From: Burkholderiales bacterium
Lineage (GTDB): Bacteria; Pseudomonadota; Gammaproteobacteria; Burkholderiales; SG8-39
Assembly: GCA_035571675.1 (NCBI GenBank)
Contig: DATNCF010000365.1
Location: forward strand, 1 to 28,460
DNA: 28,460 nucleotides
Reading direction: 5' to 3'
Part shown: piece after piece, positions 25,982-28,460 of the stretch
Layout of the letters: each line of letters starts with the position of its first letter
Position numbering within the stretch: position 1 is the first letter of the stretch
The notes under the pieces: model-generated
Database searches by the model: none
Told to the model about the DNA's origin: nothing
What the model saw: the letters and a program-made list of their open reading frames with translations, nothing else
Translations under genes and position numbers: made by a program

Positions 25982-26365
25982 ATGGAGCATGCTGCATTGC
26001 AGCGCATGCTTCCCAGAAAACAGGTTTTTCAGGCCAAGCCGCGTCGCGAAGTGGTTGAGGCGGATTTGTTCGTCTGCGAAGTGCGGCTTGCCCAGGCGTC
26101 GTGGAAGCTGTCGCGGATCGATGTAGTCATTCAGAAAGCTGCGGCGGACTTGAACCGCTCAAAAAATCCGCTTGGTGTGCTTGTTGTCCTGGAGAAGGCA
26201 AAGAAGGAACGGCTGGATGCCGAAATCGAGTTGGCCAGAGCTCGGGCTCGTTGCCTGCGGGCCCTGATGCGCTGCTGGAAGACAGTGGGAGTGACGAGTT
26301 CCGTTCCAAAAAGGGCTTTTACGTTGCCCTCGCCCCAACCCCTCTCCCTGGGAGAGAGGGGCTAA
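25982..26365 (+). CDS. Hypothetical helical protein (127 aa); C-terminus encoded by repeat copy 4
   Basis: The only sizeable ORF filling the 580-bp gap. It has an amphipathic/coiled-coil-like sequence (EKAKKERLDAEIELARARARCLRAL) and GGAG 11 nt before the ATG. No family recognised. Confidence 0.4.
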   Translation: MEHAALQRMLPRKQVFQAKPRREVVEADLFVCEVRLAQASWKLSRIDVVIQKAAADLNRSKNPLGVLVVLEKAKKERLDAEIELARARARCLRALMRCWKTVGVTSSVPKRAFTLPSPQPLSLGERG

Positions 26366-26420
26366 GAAACCGGGGGTTTTCACCCTTCTCCCTATGGAGA
26401 AGGGACGGGGATGAGGGGAG
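26327..26420. repeat. BoxC-like double-hairpin intergenic repeat, copy 4
   Basis: CCCTCGCCCCAACCCCTCTCCCTGGGAGAGAGGGGCTAAGAAACCGGGGGTTTTCACCCTTCTCCCTATGGAGAAGGGACGGGGATGAGGGGAG, closely similar to copy 3. Confidence 0.8.
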
Positions 26421-26440
26421 CCAGAAAAAATAGCCTCAAC

Positions 26441-28460
<2,020 letters not shown>

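Noticed and set aside
25878-26126. Cys-rich 82-aa ORF
   Set aside because: It overlaps the longer candidate ORF in another frame, has no RBS and shows no recognisable Cys spacing pattern.
11330-26420. Repeats interpreted as a CRISPR array or as simple Rho-independent terminators
   Set aside because: The copies are dispersed singly with no spacers or cas genes, and the hairpins lack a properly oriented downstream U-tract in most copies.

Overview
This is GC-rich chromosomal DNA, most likely from a Betaproteobacterium (inferred from gene order and protein style). In order it carries: the start of a GDP-fucose operon (gmd, truncated fcl), divergent from argS-SPOR/ftsN-dsbA; two extra DsbA paralogues (CPHC, CPNC and CPIC active sites across the three) around an oppositely oriented, signal-peptide-bearing CxxxxCW rhodanese; an SDR; a BrnT-like toxin/antitoxin pair; lysE; class I phaC; an MBL hydrolase; a LiuR-type cluster (thiolase, acyl-CoA dehydrogenase, HCCA-isomerase-like protein, LOG, liuC, HMG-CoA lyase, DUF1289) lacking carboxylase genes; an orphan XRE/MmyB-like regulator; an exported SAM methyltransferase; a double-MaoC dehydratase; a YbhG/F/S-like ABC exporter; an orphan ORF; and thiC with a TPP riboswitch cut by the window edge. 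Intergenic DNA holds four double-hairpin purine/pyrimidine (BoxC-like) repeats, one half copy and a roughly 240-bp MITE-like element. The coding flanks of these elements show strand-biased loss of C (left) or G (right) at synonymous sites. The best leads are the DsbA x3 plus rhodanese periplasmic thiol module and this repeat-associated compositional footprint. No CRISPR, tRNA, rRNA or transposase was seen. Family assignments come from motif recognition only; no searches were run.
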